A DNA stretch of 54,555 bases, filler included, from Sphacelaria rigidula (Eukaryota), in NCBI GenBank assembly GCA_964200075.2. It is 5 parts of 5 records of this genome, joined end to end, with 100 filler letters (N's around TTAATTAATTAA, not from the genome) between each part and the next. Parts side by side here need not be neighbours in the genome. Positions count along the whole stretch, not along the records: positions 21,864 to 32,694 come from CAXNAA020005837.1; positions 32,795 to 43,625 come from CAXNAA020005838.1; 3 more parts are not named here. One strand, 5' to 3'. Below are positions 24,655 to 36,730 of the stretch, piece by piece (position 1 is the stretch's first letter; the number at the start of each line of letters is the position of its first letter). The notes below the pieces were generated by a model that was not told the DNA's origin, made no database searches, and saw only the letters and a list, made by a program, of their open reading frames with translations. The position numbers were made by a program, and so were the translations under genes.

Positions 24655-24826
24655 ACTTTGCTTTTACTTGCGCACGGAAGAATCCGGTAAGTTTTTCGTG
24701 AGAAATCGTAAATTTGAGCTGGGCGTGGGAGTTTTTTTGTGACACCGCTGCACCCGGGTGGTCCAACATATGGAGGAGCTTCCAATTACACAAGTCGCGA
24801 GTTCGACTCCCGACACGTTTTTTTTT
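24655..24826 (+). repeat. Dispersed repeat with Pol III A/B-box-like motifs
   Basis: gtaagtttttcg...tgacaccgctgcacccgggtggtccaac...gtcgcgagttcgactccc followed by a T-run; homolog of 3635-3825. Confidence 0.55.
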
Positions 24827-24974
24827 CGCCCTGTAATGTGGCAGTGCATAATCCGGCATTGTTTCCCCCCCGTATTACGTGGTTACCGTCGTGTAGTTCA
24901 TTATTTATACCGAATAACCTCTCAATTGAAAAAACTGACCGGGTCCCCAGCTAAAATTCCACTCATGAGCCTTT

Positions 24975-25200
24975 ACTTGTGCTTCCTGTCGAGATGGAAA
25001 GGATCTCGATATTTGGAGACGGTTTTGCCTTTGGGGCGGATATAGCGCAGTTTCAAGTAGTATGTGCCCCTGCCCTTGTCGTGTATGACAATCGGCGCGG
25101 AGGTCCTCTCCCATGATGAGCTGCTGGCGAGTCTGATGCCATCTCGCAGCATTATACCCGTGTGCTTTCGACTGTGCATATCGGGTTGTCACGTGCCCGT
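24975..25200 (-). pseudogene. Ty3/Gypsy reverse transcriptase N-terminal remnant
   Basis: MLRDGIRLASSSSW...SAPIVIHDKGRGTYYLKLRY resembles the Gypsy RT motif GIIRPSxSPWxSPIVIVxKxDGxxRxxVDY. Confidence 0.5.
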
Positions 25201-25577
25201 GCGGCGAAATTGTCTGCCGTGATTCCGCCGCGTTTCGTAATAAGAAACGTCTCTAAACACGTTATCGCGCCACGATGTGAGACGCACCCGGTACTAAATG
25301 CACTACAATCGCTTCATCGCCAAAACTGCGCCAATCGACCAGCGGCGGAGCTGTACGTTACCAGGTAGGTCTGCAGCTCACTGCAATGTGCTCAAGTCGG
25401 GCTGATTCGGGAAACGGACGACATCGTGGTGGGCCCACGGTTCCTAGGTTCTACGGCTGGCCCAGCTCGTGCTGGAATTATATCACACGGAGGAGAGCGC
25501 ACGTAACGGCGACCGCACGAAAGTGAAGGCCGATTCTGAGCCTTGTGCCGGAACTGTTACTGTAGCTCGGGACGGGC

Positions 25578-25652
25578 GGGGGGGGAGCGTCCTCATCTGT
25601 TGCTTGCCTCAGTCGTTTGACCATTGACCACGCATCCCTTTCGAGACGGAGC
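25578..25652 (-). mobile_element. Severely 5'-truncated LINE subfamily A 3' end with C-tail and imperfect TSD
   Basis: Flanks agctcggg(acg)ggcgggggggg on the left and agctcggggcggggggg on the right. Confidence 0.8.
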
Positions 25653-27284
25653 TCGGGGCGGGGGGGCGTGAGAAGATGTACAGGGCGGCGGCGCCCAAGA
25701 CGAAGGGAGATAGACTTCCGGGTTGAAGACGGCGCCCCTGCTGCACGTCGACCCTTTCTCGGCGGGACCTCTCAGTGGGCGGAGCTGTTAGAGCAGGCGG
25801 CAAGCAATCCTTCGCAGCTGCGAACATGAATCTCGGTCGAGGAAGCCGCTACGCGTATTGCTGTAAGAGGAGGTCGCGACTAGGAATAAGCTGCCGCATC
25901 CTCGCCGGACGACGAGCCGCGAGCATTTTTCCCCAACCGAAGGGAGCACCTAATCCTTCGGCAATTGCGCATGAAGGACCATGAGGGATACGTGGGCTGG
26001 TTGGTATAGAGCCGCGGGGTTGGGGGCACCTGAAACAACTGATGCCGCCATGTAGTCTATTTGAACGTTCTTGCCTGTTTTGTGTTCGGATACTGTTTTT
26101 AGTAATTCCATTATGCCATCCTCTGCCGTTGTGCAGGCAAGATGGCACCGTGGCGAGGTCAACGATATCGCGTAAAAAAGCAAGACGGTAAGATTTTGCA
26201 GTGATGAAATATGCGCACGTACGGCCATCGAAACGCGGTGCTTAAAAAAGGCAGGCCGTTGCCATGTACTGCTCTCAAGCGTTTGCTCTGGATGCATACC
26301 GGTGTAGAGCCAAGCGAAGCATTAGGCCGCCCGAAAGTAAATGAGTGCCGAGTGTAGTACATGCGTCTTTCCATTAGAGGCGCCTGTACACTACTGTGAG
26401 ATTACAACAACTGATGTAATGGTTTGCAGAGGGTCACTTTCACACGGGGTAATGACTTCCGGCATCTCACTAGAGATGTCAACTGTGCATCAGCGGAGGC
26501 ACGGTGTGTAACTCAACAGGATGCCGTTGGACATCGTCAGAAACTGAACTCAGATATGATGTACACGATATAAAATGAGCACATGCACCTCGCCTGATCG
26601 CCCGTGGCATGCACGTACGAGTCTCAACGCGATAGCAAACCCTATTATAGCATTCTTGCTGCCTTCGTTTGTTCTACCGTTTAAACAAACGTTGCTTCGG
26701 TGTGCTATTTCCTCCGCGGTGTTGTATTTTTCATGGAAGCTGGGCCTCTGTGGCGTGGATGTGGGCGGTGGCGGGCAAGGGTGGATGTACATTTACTTCA
26801 CCAAGACAGCAACGCTTGGTCACCGACTTTTGTATCTCACATCGCACAAGATGCCTCCTTGCTGCTTGCCGCAAGTGCACCAGGAGAAGGCCTACCGAGA
26901 GGAGGCAGGAGATATTGTGAGCTATGCGGTGGCCATGCCCTATCCGACATCCAGCACGAGACATCCGTGCAATGTAGAGTGAAGGCAGGAGGTATCTGGA
27001 GGAAGACTCGAAAGTGGAGGGCATTAACGCTGTGCTGGTTCAACAAGTAAAGCATGACAAGATACCGCCACCAGTGGCGAAATTTCTGCTCTCGTTCCGC
27101 CCGAAGTCTTGCTTCTGCAGCTTACTGTGAGGCACGATTGCCTTCGGAATTGGACGAAGGCCTTCTGCGGGGCGGCGCCGGGGGCAGGGAGGTTATCATC
27201 CTTCAGAGTACCCGATGGATCGTATTCACTTCTGCCCCCCCCCCCTCCTTGATGTTTTCTCGTTACAGTAGTGGGCGGACTAAG

Positions 27285-27745
27285 TATTTACGGGTGTTTT
27301 GGGGTTTTCCTCGCGTACTCCTCTTTGATAAAACTCAAAGTTGCTAGCGTCGGTAGATTTTGGTACGATAAACAGATCATCCACGAAACACAGTGCCAAG
27401 GTCAGTGTTGGTCCTGTTCATCAGGAGGGTGTTATTGACCGTGAAACACAGTTTTTCGGCTCTGAGGCAATGACTAGGCAGGATTTTAGAAAACTATAAC
27501 TTGACATTTCTTCACAAATATGATCGGGAAAGGGTCGATCGACCGAAAATACAGAAGAGTGAGAATCTGGGCTGGAACGTGACGGGACCACCGATGACCA
27601 GTCAGCCCGTACGTCACTCAATTTTTAGTACAGATGACTTCTTCTTCTTGGAATGTGGAGTGGATACAAATATCTTCAGATCTCCGATGTGATGAGCGAT
27701 GGCAAGCGGAAAGAGCCCAAGAAAATCGCCAATTACGGAAAAACC
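27285..27745 (+). repeat. About 460-bp dispersed repeat, copy 1
   Basis: Collinear with 30875-31355 (gcgtcggtagattttggta, attgaccgtgaaacacagtt, tcgatcgaccgaaaatac, cttcttggaatgtggag). Confidence 0.85.
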
Positions 27746-29339
27746 ACAAACTGCCACAAAATGAATGGTCAGACCGCCCACTACTGTAGATTCTAAACAT
27801 GTGCCTAGAGTTACAACGAGCGACAGGGCAGCGGCGTAAAGGCAAATACGGACAGCATGTATGATCTACTCGATACTCGTTCAGTATTTGCGGACATGCG
27901 AAACGATATTGATGAAATTGCGATTGGTGGCGGGGCCGGGGTATTGTATTTTGCGATGCCAATGCAGGTTCGGACGGACACATGTTGCGTGCTTGGAACA
28001 TATGCCCAATGCATGAAGACGTGAAATTGGCCCTTTTTGGCATCACTGAGCGTGTATCATAGTTTCAAGTACTGCAACACAACATAAAATACACCAATAA
28101 AATGGGCATTCCGACTTGGGTCTAGTGGATTGCTTGCTTCGTTACGGAACGAACCCCATGGCCGCGAGCAATCTTGCGGCATTGCGTTCCGGCTCAATCG
28201 CGGACTCCCCGAGTCCTGTTCCCATAATTTTCCTCGGTATTTTCATACCGCTGGCTGCCCCTTCCAGTGTAGCCGTGTCCTCGTCCACGCCGGTCGATAA
28301 ACGGGTCTTGTATGTGCGGCCTTCTGTGCCACCGTGAACGGGTCTCTCTTCCCACGCTGACAACCTTCACGCTGCCACTGCTACCTTGGAAGGAGCTTCG
28401 AAAAGCTGCCGTTTCACCCCCGAAATGTCTTGAAGACACGTCGTTCGCTATCGCTTTCATGGCCAGATTTTTCATCAGCGGAACTACTCCTGCAGTGTTC
28501 GCATTCGACCTTGCAAGGGAAATCACCGCCAAACGCCAGACGGTGGAGCAAAGTCCCTCCATCGGCGAGTACTAGGCACAGCAATTCACGTCACTCACGC
28601 AAGATGTACTCGACGATGAGTCGGTGCTAGGAGCGGATTACCCGCCGTAGATTCCGATCGGCTGCTCGGCTTGACACATACTACGCTTGTCGGCCACGAC
28701 GACGACAACATATGAGCAGTGCGGGTATATGGGACACATCGCTCACCAGAATAGAGAACGGGAATCAACAGCTTCGCCGAAAGGCGAAGACTCTGAAGTA
28801 GCGAGGAAGCCTTCGCCGAGGGGCATATGAGTCCGCTTACATCGGAACACCCTTAAGACTCTATATCCTTTCCAAAACGTGAAGAGCGCCTCAGGTGCTC
28901 GTGACTCCCCGCACTCCATGATACCCTGACCCTCGCTTGGTCGTCCATGTTGAAGACGTTGTGCGCGTGTTAGCGCTTGAGAGCAATAGAAGCACTGGGT
29001 CCGCCACCAAGCGATTTGTTTGCAGGTTTCCAAGTAGGTGGGGAAACAGGTGTCAGGTCGACGGCAGGGGGGGGATGGCGGAACAGGACGAAGCATCATG
29101 GATTCCGCAAGTGCAGAGAATGGGTAAGGACGTGTACATACAAAGGTTCCGACACATTTTGTGTGGACGTCCTGGGGGGGCTCAGATATCAACTACCCCT
29201 CGAAAAAAAGTGTGGGAGGGGGGAATGGCACCGCATCAGGGAGGCTATCAACGTTGTACGACGTATCTCCCAGGCTTCAGGTCCACACGGACGTTTCGTC
29301 AACGGGTACGAGTGCGGTGAGGGAACTCGTGACTGCTGC

Positions 29340-29421
29340 AAATGCGGTTGTGATGTTCTTATCGCAAAGACCTTGCATCTGGCAGGTTCCGTGTCACTAC
29401 TTTACGGTCGCCCGGGTATGA
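29340..29421 (+). pseudogene. Possible SWIM zinc-finger remnant (MULE transposase-like)
   Basis: VVMFLSQRPCIWQVPCHYFTVAR loosely resembles SWIM VDLxxxxCxCxxWQxxGxPCxH; weak. Confidence 0.2.
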
Positions 29422-29956
29422 CTAGGATGTGCATTCAAAGTTGGAAATCGAATCAGCGGGGTTCATGCAGTGCGATCGCCCGACAAATCGTTGTCCGCTA
29501 CACCGAGGGGCATCATGTTCGTGGAACGAGACGTTGAAATACGGCGAAGGTCGCACTGAAGAGCGGTAGGATGAGCCGGCAAATGATTGTACGCAGGTGC
29601 TTGTGCTGAGATCGGCAACTTTTCAACCACCCGCATGAACGAGAGACAAACCAGACCTAATACTTTCAAGTTGAAGGTTCAACCCTCACACAGAGCGTAA
29701 GCCAACACCCACCAGCGTACCTGTATGCGACAAGGACGCCTTGCTTCCGGCCGCGAAACATTCCCGCCTGAATCATCATCCTGAGGTCCCTCCCGCTCCT
29801 GCTCGTAGCACCTGTCACACTTGTCTTGTATTTGCTCCTGCCGTTGTCAGCCTCAACTTTTTGAGGTTCCGCTCTCCACTCACTGCCTCTACCCATCACC
29901 GCCCGATCTTCACGATGTCACCCGGGCCCTCTAAAGGTCGCCCCCGCTTTCCCCTC

Positions 29957-30190
29957 TGGCGATACCAGGAAATAAAGCAACTCATCGTAGGCTTTGGGCC
30001 GAACAATCTCAGCAGGGTGCAGCTCACCCGTTCAGGCGACTCGCCGAACACACCACGGCGCTTCGCGCTTGGTGACTGAGTACGAGCCTCGTCTGGCGAG
30101 ACCCCGGCGTGCTCCGTCCCGGCTTTGTAGGAATGCGAGGTCAATGGTCTTATGTTATGGCATGCATGATCATGACTGCATCCCCACCCT
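29957..30190 (+). mobile_element. LINE subfamily B 3' region with C-rich tail
   Basis: Ends gctccgtcccggctttgtaggaatgcgaggtcaatgg...catgatcatgactgcatccccaccctcccc. Confidence 0.75.
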
Positions 30191-30733
30191 CCCCTCTCCT
30201 GCGACGAACACCATCAAAACCTGCTCTCTCGCTTCCCAGGCGTCGAGTGTCACTGCGCACGTTCGCCGGGCTTAGCATCTTGGCCCACGTCCAAGCTTGG
30301 CATAAACAAACGCCACAGCCGCAACGCGTAACCCACGCACGTCTCCGAATTCCCGTGAGAAAAGAGCTCATCCATCCCCTACCGGTTGTCCTGTGAGAAG
30401 TTGCGCTATGCTGTTTGACGCGCGCCTTGTCGTCGTGACCCGCCGGGCTCCCTTGTTCGTATTTCCCGCAAGTTCTACAAGAAGAGGGACGAATAAAACA
30501 GTGTTGCCTGTTGTACAACCGGCTTCATACCTCACTTATCCTTCGTTCATGACGGTCACCACCAGAGGACAGTGACAAAAGCAAATGTCAGAAATTGCAC
30601 ACATGCCGCGAATATACCTGAAACGGTGCCCGTACAGATCACCCGTGCAGATGAGAGGATTTCAAGGGTATAGAGGGTATAGTGGGCAGGATAATTACCT
30701 GGGTATTTACTCTACAGAATTTTGTGCCGCGAT

Positions 30734-30855
30734 GGTACGATCTCCAACCTCTACCCATATTTTGGGTACAGTTAGGTACGATCGCAATAGCCTTCTCAAC
30801 ATCTAGGTATCGTTGAGTACGATCTCAATAGTCTCCCCGAGTTTAGTGTATTGTA
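30734..30855 (+). repeat. Three degenerate tandem units of about 41 bp
   Basis: gtacgatc recurs at about 41-bp spacing (gtacgatctcc, gtacgatcgcaatag, gtacgatctcaatag). Confidence 0.55.
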
Positions 30856-30874
30856 CTGGGCGCCTGAACTATTT

Positions 30875-31355
30875 ATTGTTCAGAAGGGTTTTTCTCGCGA
30901 CTACTCTTCGATAGACGTCGAAAGTGCTGGCGTCGGTAGATTTTGGTAAAAATCAACAGATCGTCTTCCCCCCTCCCTCCAGTGCCCCAGTTAGTGTCAC
31001 TTGGTCTTATCGGGTGATCCAAGCAGAAACTCCGTTATCAGGGGGGTGATATTGACCGTGAAACACAGTTATTCGGTTCTAGTGCAATGAGCAGGTAGAC
31101 CTTCGTGAAACCAATCCCGTACATTTCTTCACAACTACGATCGGGACAGGCTCGATCGACCGAAAATACCGAAGAGTCAGATTCTGGGTTGAAACGTGGC
31201 AAAACACTCGATGACCGATCAGCCCGTAAGTCACTCAATATCGAGTACAGAGTATTTTGCCTTCTTGGAATGTGGAGCCGATACAAGTATCTTCAGATCT
31301 TCGACGTGATGGAGCGGTGGCAAGCGAAAGAACCTTGCAATATCGCCAATCACGA
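30875..31355 (+). repeat. About 460-bp dispersed repeat, copy 2
   Basis: Diverged direct copy of 27285-27745. Confidence 0.85.
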
Positions 31356-32343
31356 AGAAATGACCAATATGAACAGTTTAGGCGTCCAGTCTTGTACTTG
31401 CAGTACGGATATTAAAAATACACACAAATGTAGGGAACACCCTACTCAGCACACCCTTGAAGAATTATGGGCGAAATGTGAAACCTTAAAACCCGCGTAC
31501 TATAAACTCAGGCGGGTGCGACCGTCCTGAAAACTGTACGTACTACAAGTTTCCGCGCGGTGTATCTAGTAATATAGGGTGATGAAGTCGCTTGATATTG
31601 ACGTTGAGTCAAGTCAGTTGGTGTTACAACTGATGCTTCGGTGGTGAAGCCATTTCCTTACTTCCTTGAACCTGGGATTTTTTCCAACACTGCTAGGTCT
31701 ATAAGAGGTTGGTGCCTGTGTTACAGGGTGGATAATGACCCTGTAAAGAAGGCTATGGGGTAATGCGGCAGCCGTAACGGCGTCGTGGTGTGCGTGTATA
31801 GGAATGCAGGTGTACCCTCCGATCGAAGGATTCTATCAACGCATATCGCTTGTCGATTGTTTCCTTAGTCGGCGGCTTTGTGGTGCTCCCTGATGTGTGT
31901 CTGTATATACTCTGCTGCCCTGATTTGTTTTCTTCTTCACTTCTGTAGTCTCCTTTCCTGTTCTCCCTTTTCCCCATGTTTCTCTCTCTCTATATATATA
32001 TATGTATTCTTTTCCTGCTGGTGTATGCAAAGTAATGTGATATCTCGCTTTATCGTGTTTCTTCGTAGATGAGAAGGCCCGTACTCTAAACGGAGCGCTT
32101 GTAGTAGATGAGCTGCAACCATTTCCTTTCCACGGTCTTTCGTTTTCTACGACTGGGAATGAGTGTGGTTTAGCGCCAAGAGCTTGTACACTGAAGCCAT
32201 GTGGCAGAGACCGGCCATATCTTCCTGTGCTTTCTATTCCTTTTGCTTTTTCTGTATTTCTTGTTTTTCACGTCTCAGGCCGCTCCTTATAATAGACAAA
32301 AATAAAAATCTGAAAAAGTGCTTTTTTGGAGCTTTTACGTCAT

Positions 32344-32690
32344 TTTACGCCCTAAAAGAGAGCTAGGCGGGGTTCAACACCTCGGGATGACTTGCTCTAC
32401 TAATTGAGGTGGTTGCAGGACATCTTCCCGTTTTCCGGTGGCCGCAGTTTTCATTTTGGCCAAACAAGAACATTTGTCCGAGAGCGGTAAAAAACAGTCA
32501 AATCTACAAAAACTGCCACTTTTCTCTGGACCTGACTGTTTTTCACCCTTCTTGGACAAGAATTCTTGTTTGGCCAAAATGAAAACTGCGGCCACCGGAA
32601 AACGGGAAGATGTCCCGGAACCGCCTCAACTAGTAGAGCAAGTCACTCCAAGGTGTCAAACTCCGCCTAACTCTCTTTTGGGGCGTAAAA
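32344..32690. mobile_element. Foldback MITE, same family as 23001-23486 (cut by contig end)
   Basis: ttttacgccctaaaagagagctaggcgg...gggatgacttgctctact...ggccgcagtt and its reverse complement; shared with the 23 kb copy. Confidence 0.88.
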
Positions 32691-32694
32691 CTAC

Positions 32695-32794
32695 NNNNNN
32701 NNNNNNNNNNNNNNNNNNNNNNNNNNNNNNNNNNNNNNTTAATTAATTAANNNNNNNNNNNNNNNNNNNNNNNNNNNNNNNNNNNNNNNNNNNN
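32695..32794. other. Artificial contig-joining spacer
   Basis: Same 44N-TTAATTAATTAA-44N linker. Confidence 0.98.
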
Positions 32795-33189
32795 TTTTTT
32801 CCTCCGATTTCGACGCGAAACGGTGCTTTCGCACATACGCTTTGGGGGCACAGAAGACGGGCAACCCCCGAAAATAGTTTCAAGGAGGCCGGGGAGCATG
32901 AGGTCGTCCATGTGAAGTTCATTGGTCATTACTTTAGGTCAGGGAAAGCACCGTTTTCGAGTTGAAACTCATCAAAATGTTGAACCTCAAAAACGGATCC
33001 AGGCTGTTCTATCCGGAAAGTAAGTGACATGGTAGGGGCACCAGGTGACAGTGCAGCACACATGTCATGATACAATCCCGACTTGGTGATTGGTCCATTT
33101 TCGGACTGTATCCCAAATCCAGTCTACATTCAATCTTACAGAGACTACGCGATCCAACACTAGTACACATGTGACCCACTACGGGCATA

Positions 33190-33365
33190 TTCGAATACCA
33201 CGCCACAGCCTCGTTCGGCTGGACATAGCAACCTCTGATCGTCAGCTCCAACAGCGACGCAGGCCACGCCATGCTTTCGACTAAATGGATGATGCATGGT
33301 CCGAATGTTAGCTGCTGAAGCGACCCACTACTCATCGCATTTTCGTTTTGCGGCTTGAAGTACCT
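33190..33365 (-). pseudogene. Out-of-frame decayed FNIP repeats after a frameshift
   Basis: Alternative frame reads RYFKPQNENAMSSGSLQQLTFGPCIIHLVESMAWPASLLELTIRGCYVQPNEAVAW. Confidence 0.8.
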
Positions 33366-35583
33366 GCGAACGTCAGCTCTCGCAGCGTCGCAGGCCATGT
33401 CACACCCTTGATCGACTGCTTGAATGCTTCTCCAAATGTGAGCTGTTGCAGTGACGCGGGCCACGTCACACCTTTGATCGATTGGTTGAAAAACAATCCG
33501 AACGTGAGTATCTGCAATGATGTGGGCCATGCCACACCCTCGATCGGTTGATTGAAAACAAGTCCAAACGTCAGCTGCTCCAGCGATGCAGGCCATGCCA
33601 CACCCCTAATCGGCTGGTTGAAGTACATTCCGAACTTAAGCTGCTGCAGTGATGCAGGCCATGTCACACCCTCGATCTGCTGGTCAAAGAATTCTCCGAA
33701 CGTCAGCTGCTGCAGTGATGTAGGCCATGTCACATCCTCGATGGACTGATTGAACGATTCTCTGAAAATGAGTTCCTGCAGCGTTGTGGGCCACGCCACA
33801 TCCTCGATGGGTTGGTTGAACTTCAACGAAAACGTGAGCTGCAGCAGTGACGCAGGCCATGCCACATCCTTGATCGGCTGGTTGAAGTACATTCCCAACG
33901 TGAGCTGCTGCAGTGACGGAGGCCATGCTCCACCCTCAATCGGCTGGTCAAAAAAGTCTCCGAACGTTAGCTGTTGCAGTGACGCCGGCCATGCCACACC
34001 CTCGACCGACTGGTTGAATTGGCTTCCGAAGGTGAGTTTCCTCAGCGATTTGGGCAACGTCGCACCCTCGATCGGCTTGTTGAACCTCGACGAAAATATC
34101 AGCTGCTGCAGTGACGCTGGCCATGCCACACCTTCGATCGGCTGGTCGAAAGTAAATCCGAATACCAACTGCTGCAGTGACGCAGGCCATGCTACACCCT
34201 CGATCGGTCGGTCAAAGGATTCTCCGAACGTCAGCTGCTGCAGTGACATCGGCCACGCCACACCCTCGATCGGTTGGTTGAAATCTTTCCCGAACGTCAG
34301 CTGCTGCAGCGATGTGGGCCACGTCACGCCCTCGATAGGTTGATTGAACTCCGAAGAAAATGTCAGCTTTTGCATTGAAAAGGGCCATGCCACACCCTCA
34401 ACCGGCTGGTCAAAGTATTCTCCGAACGTCAGCTGCTGCATTGACGACGGCCATGCCACGCGTTCAATCGGCTTTTGAAAGCCTTTCCCGAACGTCAGCT
34501 GCTGCAGTGACGCCGGCCATGCCACACCCTCGATCGGTTGGTCGAAGCGCATTCCGAATGTGAGTACCTGTAGCGAAGCTGGCCATACTACACCCTCGAT
34601 CGGCTGGTCAAAATTGAGTCCAAAAGTCAGCTGCCGCAGCGACGCAGGCCACGCCGTATCCTCAATCGGTTGGTTGAACGTTACTCCGAACGTCAGTTTC
34701 TGGAGAAACGCAGGCCACACGACATCCTCGACCGGTTGATCAAACAAATCACCGAACGTCAGCTGATGCAGTAACGCAGGCCACACAACCCCCTCAATCG
34801 GTTGGTCGAACATTCGGCCGAATTCCAGCTCCTTCAGTGATGCAGGCCACGCTACAAATGCGATGGGCTGGTTGAAGAGATCCCCGAACGTCAGCTGCTG
34901 CAGGAACTCGGGCCACTCTACCCCTTCGACGGCCTGGTTAAATGTCGCGCCGAATTTCAGCTCCTGCAGCGAAGCGGGCCACGAAACAACTGCAATCGAC
35001 TGGTTAAAGAGTCGCCCGAATTCCAGCTTCTGGAGCGACGCAGGCCACTCCACCCAACCGATGGCTTGGTTGAACCTTGGGCTGAATCGCACCTCCCGCA
35101 GCGAAGTAGGCCAGACCACTCGGGAAATTGGCTGGTTAAACCCTGCTGATGTGGACGTGCGATCACCCCGAAACACAATCTTCCTGAGCTGCTGGGGCCA
35201 CACAATAGAGTCGAGACTACGGTCAAAGAGGTGGTCGAAGTATATGTTTCGTACGTCGGACAGGAGGATAGTCGCGCGAGACATGACCTCCTCGACAGCA
35301 CTGGACATCCACACGATGCTATGTGCTCGTAATGGAGGTACTCGAGATCCATGAGTGCGCCCTGTACTTCCTGTTATCGAAGCAGGGTATTGCTCGACGA
35401 TATCGGTCCATAGCCCTCGCGGTGTAGATCCATCCATTTTCACACTCAGGGCGCTGATGCCGCGACAAGCTATGCAGAGCTGCAGGGACGCCAGCTGTAA
35501 GTGTTTCGTGGGCAAAGATGAGTATCCCTGGGAAGAAGCTTCGTTGAGGGCAATGGTGAAGGCCCTCAGACAGAGGTCCCTGC
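33332..35583 (-). CDS. FNIP-repeat protein, main exon (28 repeats of 22 aa)
   Basis: Repeats FNQPIEGVAWPASLQQLTFGxx match the FNIP (LRR-like) pattern; long open frame; probable acceptor ...gtgtcccag|GC. Confidence 0.93.
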
Positions 35584-35749
35584 CTGGGACACGAACGAAA
35601 GGCAAGCGCTTTATTCGTTTGATTCGCGTGCGCGTGGTTATCAACAAGTGAGCATGTACAACCAGTCATGATCGGACTATCTTACATGAAACCTTGTCTT
35701 CAGCGGCCGTGCCACGGAGTTAAAGATACTGCATTTGTGGATAACCTGC

Positions 35750-35912
35750 TGCCGAGATAGCCCCCCCCGAACAGCCCAAAAAAGTGCACGGAGGCGATGA
35801 TGATAAATGCCGTTAGAGCTGGTTTCATGCTGCACGACGCGACTCATTTGGGCGTTATAGCTGTTATAGAGATGGTCTCCTGTGCACGTTTGGTGGGGGG
35901 GCTATCTCGGCA
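35750..35912. mobile_element. 163-bp MITE in the putative FNIP intron
   Basis: Perfect 18-bp TIR tgccgagatagccccccc / gggggggctatctcggca. Confidence 0.8.
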
Positions 35913-36334
35913 TTAGTCGATACTCGTCTACCCATTCTCCCGACCATTTGAGTGGCGAAAGGGCTATGATGTGAAACCATCGTTTGATCTCGACGACTCG
36001 TCCACGGCGATAGAAGGCTACTCGTTTCATTTTAAATAAGATACAGCTTTTTCCGAATGCGGTAATGATTTTCAGTGCCCACCCCGTGGTATTGTGCAGC
36101 CGCGGTCTTTCGAACTTTGCACCTGATTCCCGCTGTATGTCTCTTGTCAGGCAAGTGGACGCTAGACATAATAAGGGGATGGCAGCTTGAGGTACAAAAA
36201 TAAGTGGGCGAGGAGTTTTTCTCCGGGTATTTTATATTGCGCTAAGCTACAGGCCTTGTATCACAGTGTCCACTGCATATGTTCTGCTCGTGATGGGGGT
36301 GATACACTCCACAGCTCGTCATGACACATCTCAC

Positions 36335-36425
36335 CAGCTGCCGTGTCCACGCCTCCGTCACTGATGCCACTCCATGCACCGTTGGATCTGTTGGTGGCTG
36401 ATGTTGCGCCGCAGGTATGCACCAT
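36335..36425 (-). CDS. Putative upstream coding exon of the FNIP gene (MVHTCGATSATNRSNGAWSGISDGGVDTAA)
   Basis: GCTG|gtgaga phase-1 donor is compatible with the phase-1 acceptor at 35583; preceded by a tttctag acceptor at 36441. Confidence 0.45.
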
Positions 36426-36730
36426 CTTGAGCACGTTACACCTAGAAATCAGCAATGCAGACGGCAGAGTATGGAGCACACGTGGAAAGCCTGTGTCATG
36501 TGTTTTGCACACCTGGGATTAGAGACGTGAAAACCGACGTGCGGTTGATTCTGGGTCGTCGTAACATCGAACACCCATCGGTTTGTATTCATTGCGTGAT
36601 CGTCAACAAATGGGGGATCGCCAACCCTTGTATCTCTGTCAACAAGGTAGATGAGCAACGTTTTACCCGCGACGCCTATGGGCAGGCGGTAACCTCCAGT
36701 ACATGATATTCTCAGCGGGTGTGTGGTGTA

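Noticed and set aside
27285-31355. Direct repeats as an LTR pair
   Set aside because: Strongly diverged, no TG...CA termini, PBS or PPT seen, and no gag/pol recognised between them.
33348-35354. Plus-strand Cys/His-rich repeat ORFs (SCCSDAGHATPSIGW)
   Set aside because: Antisense shadows of the FNIP repeats.
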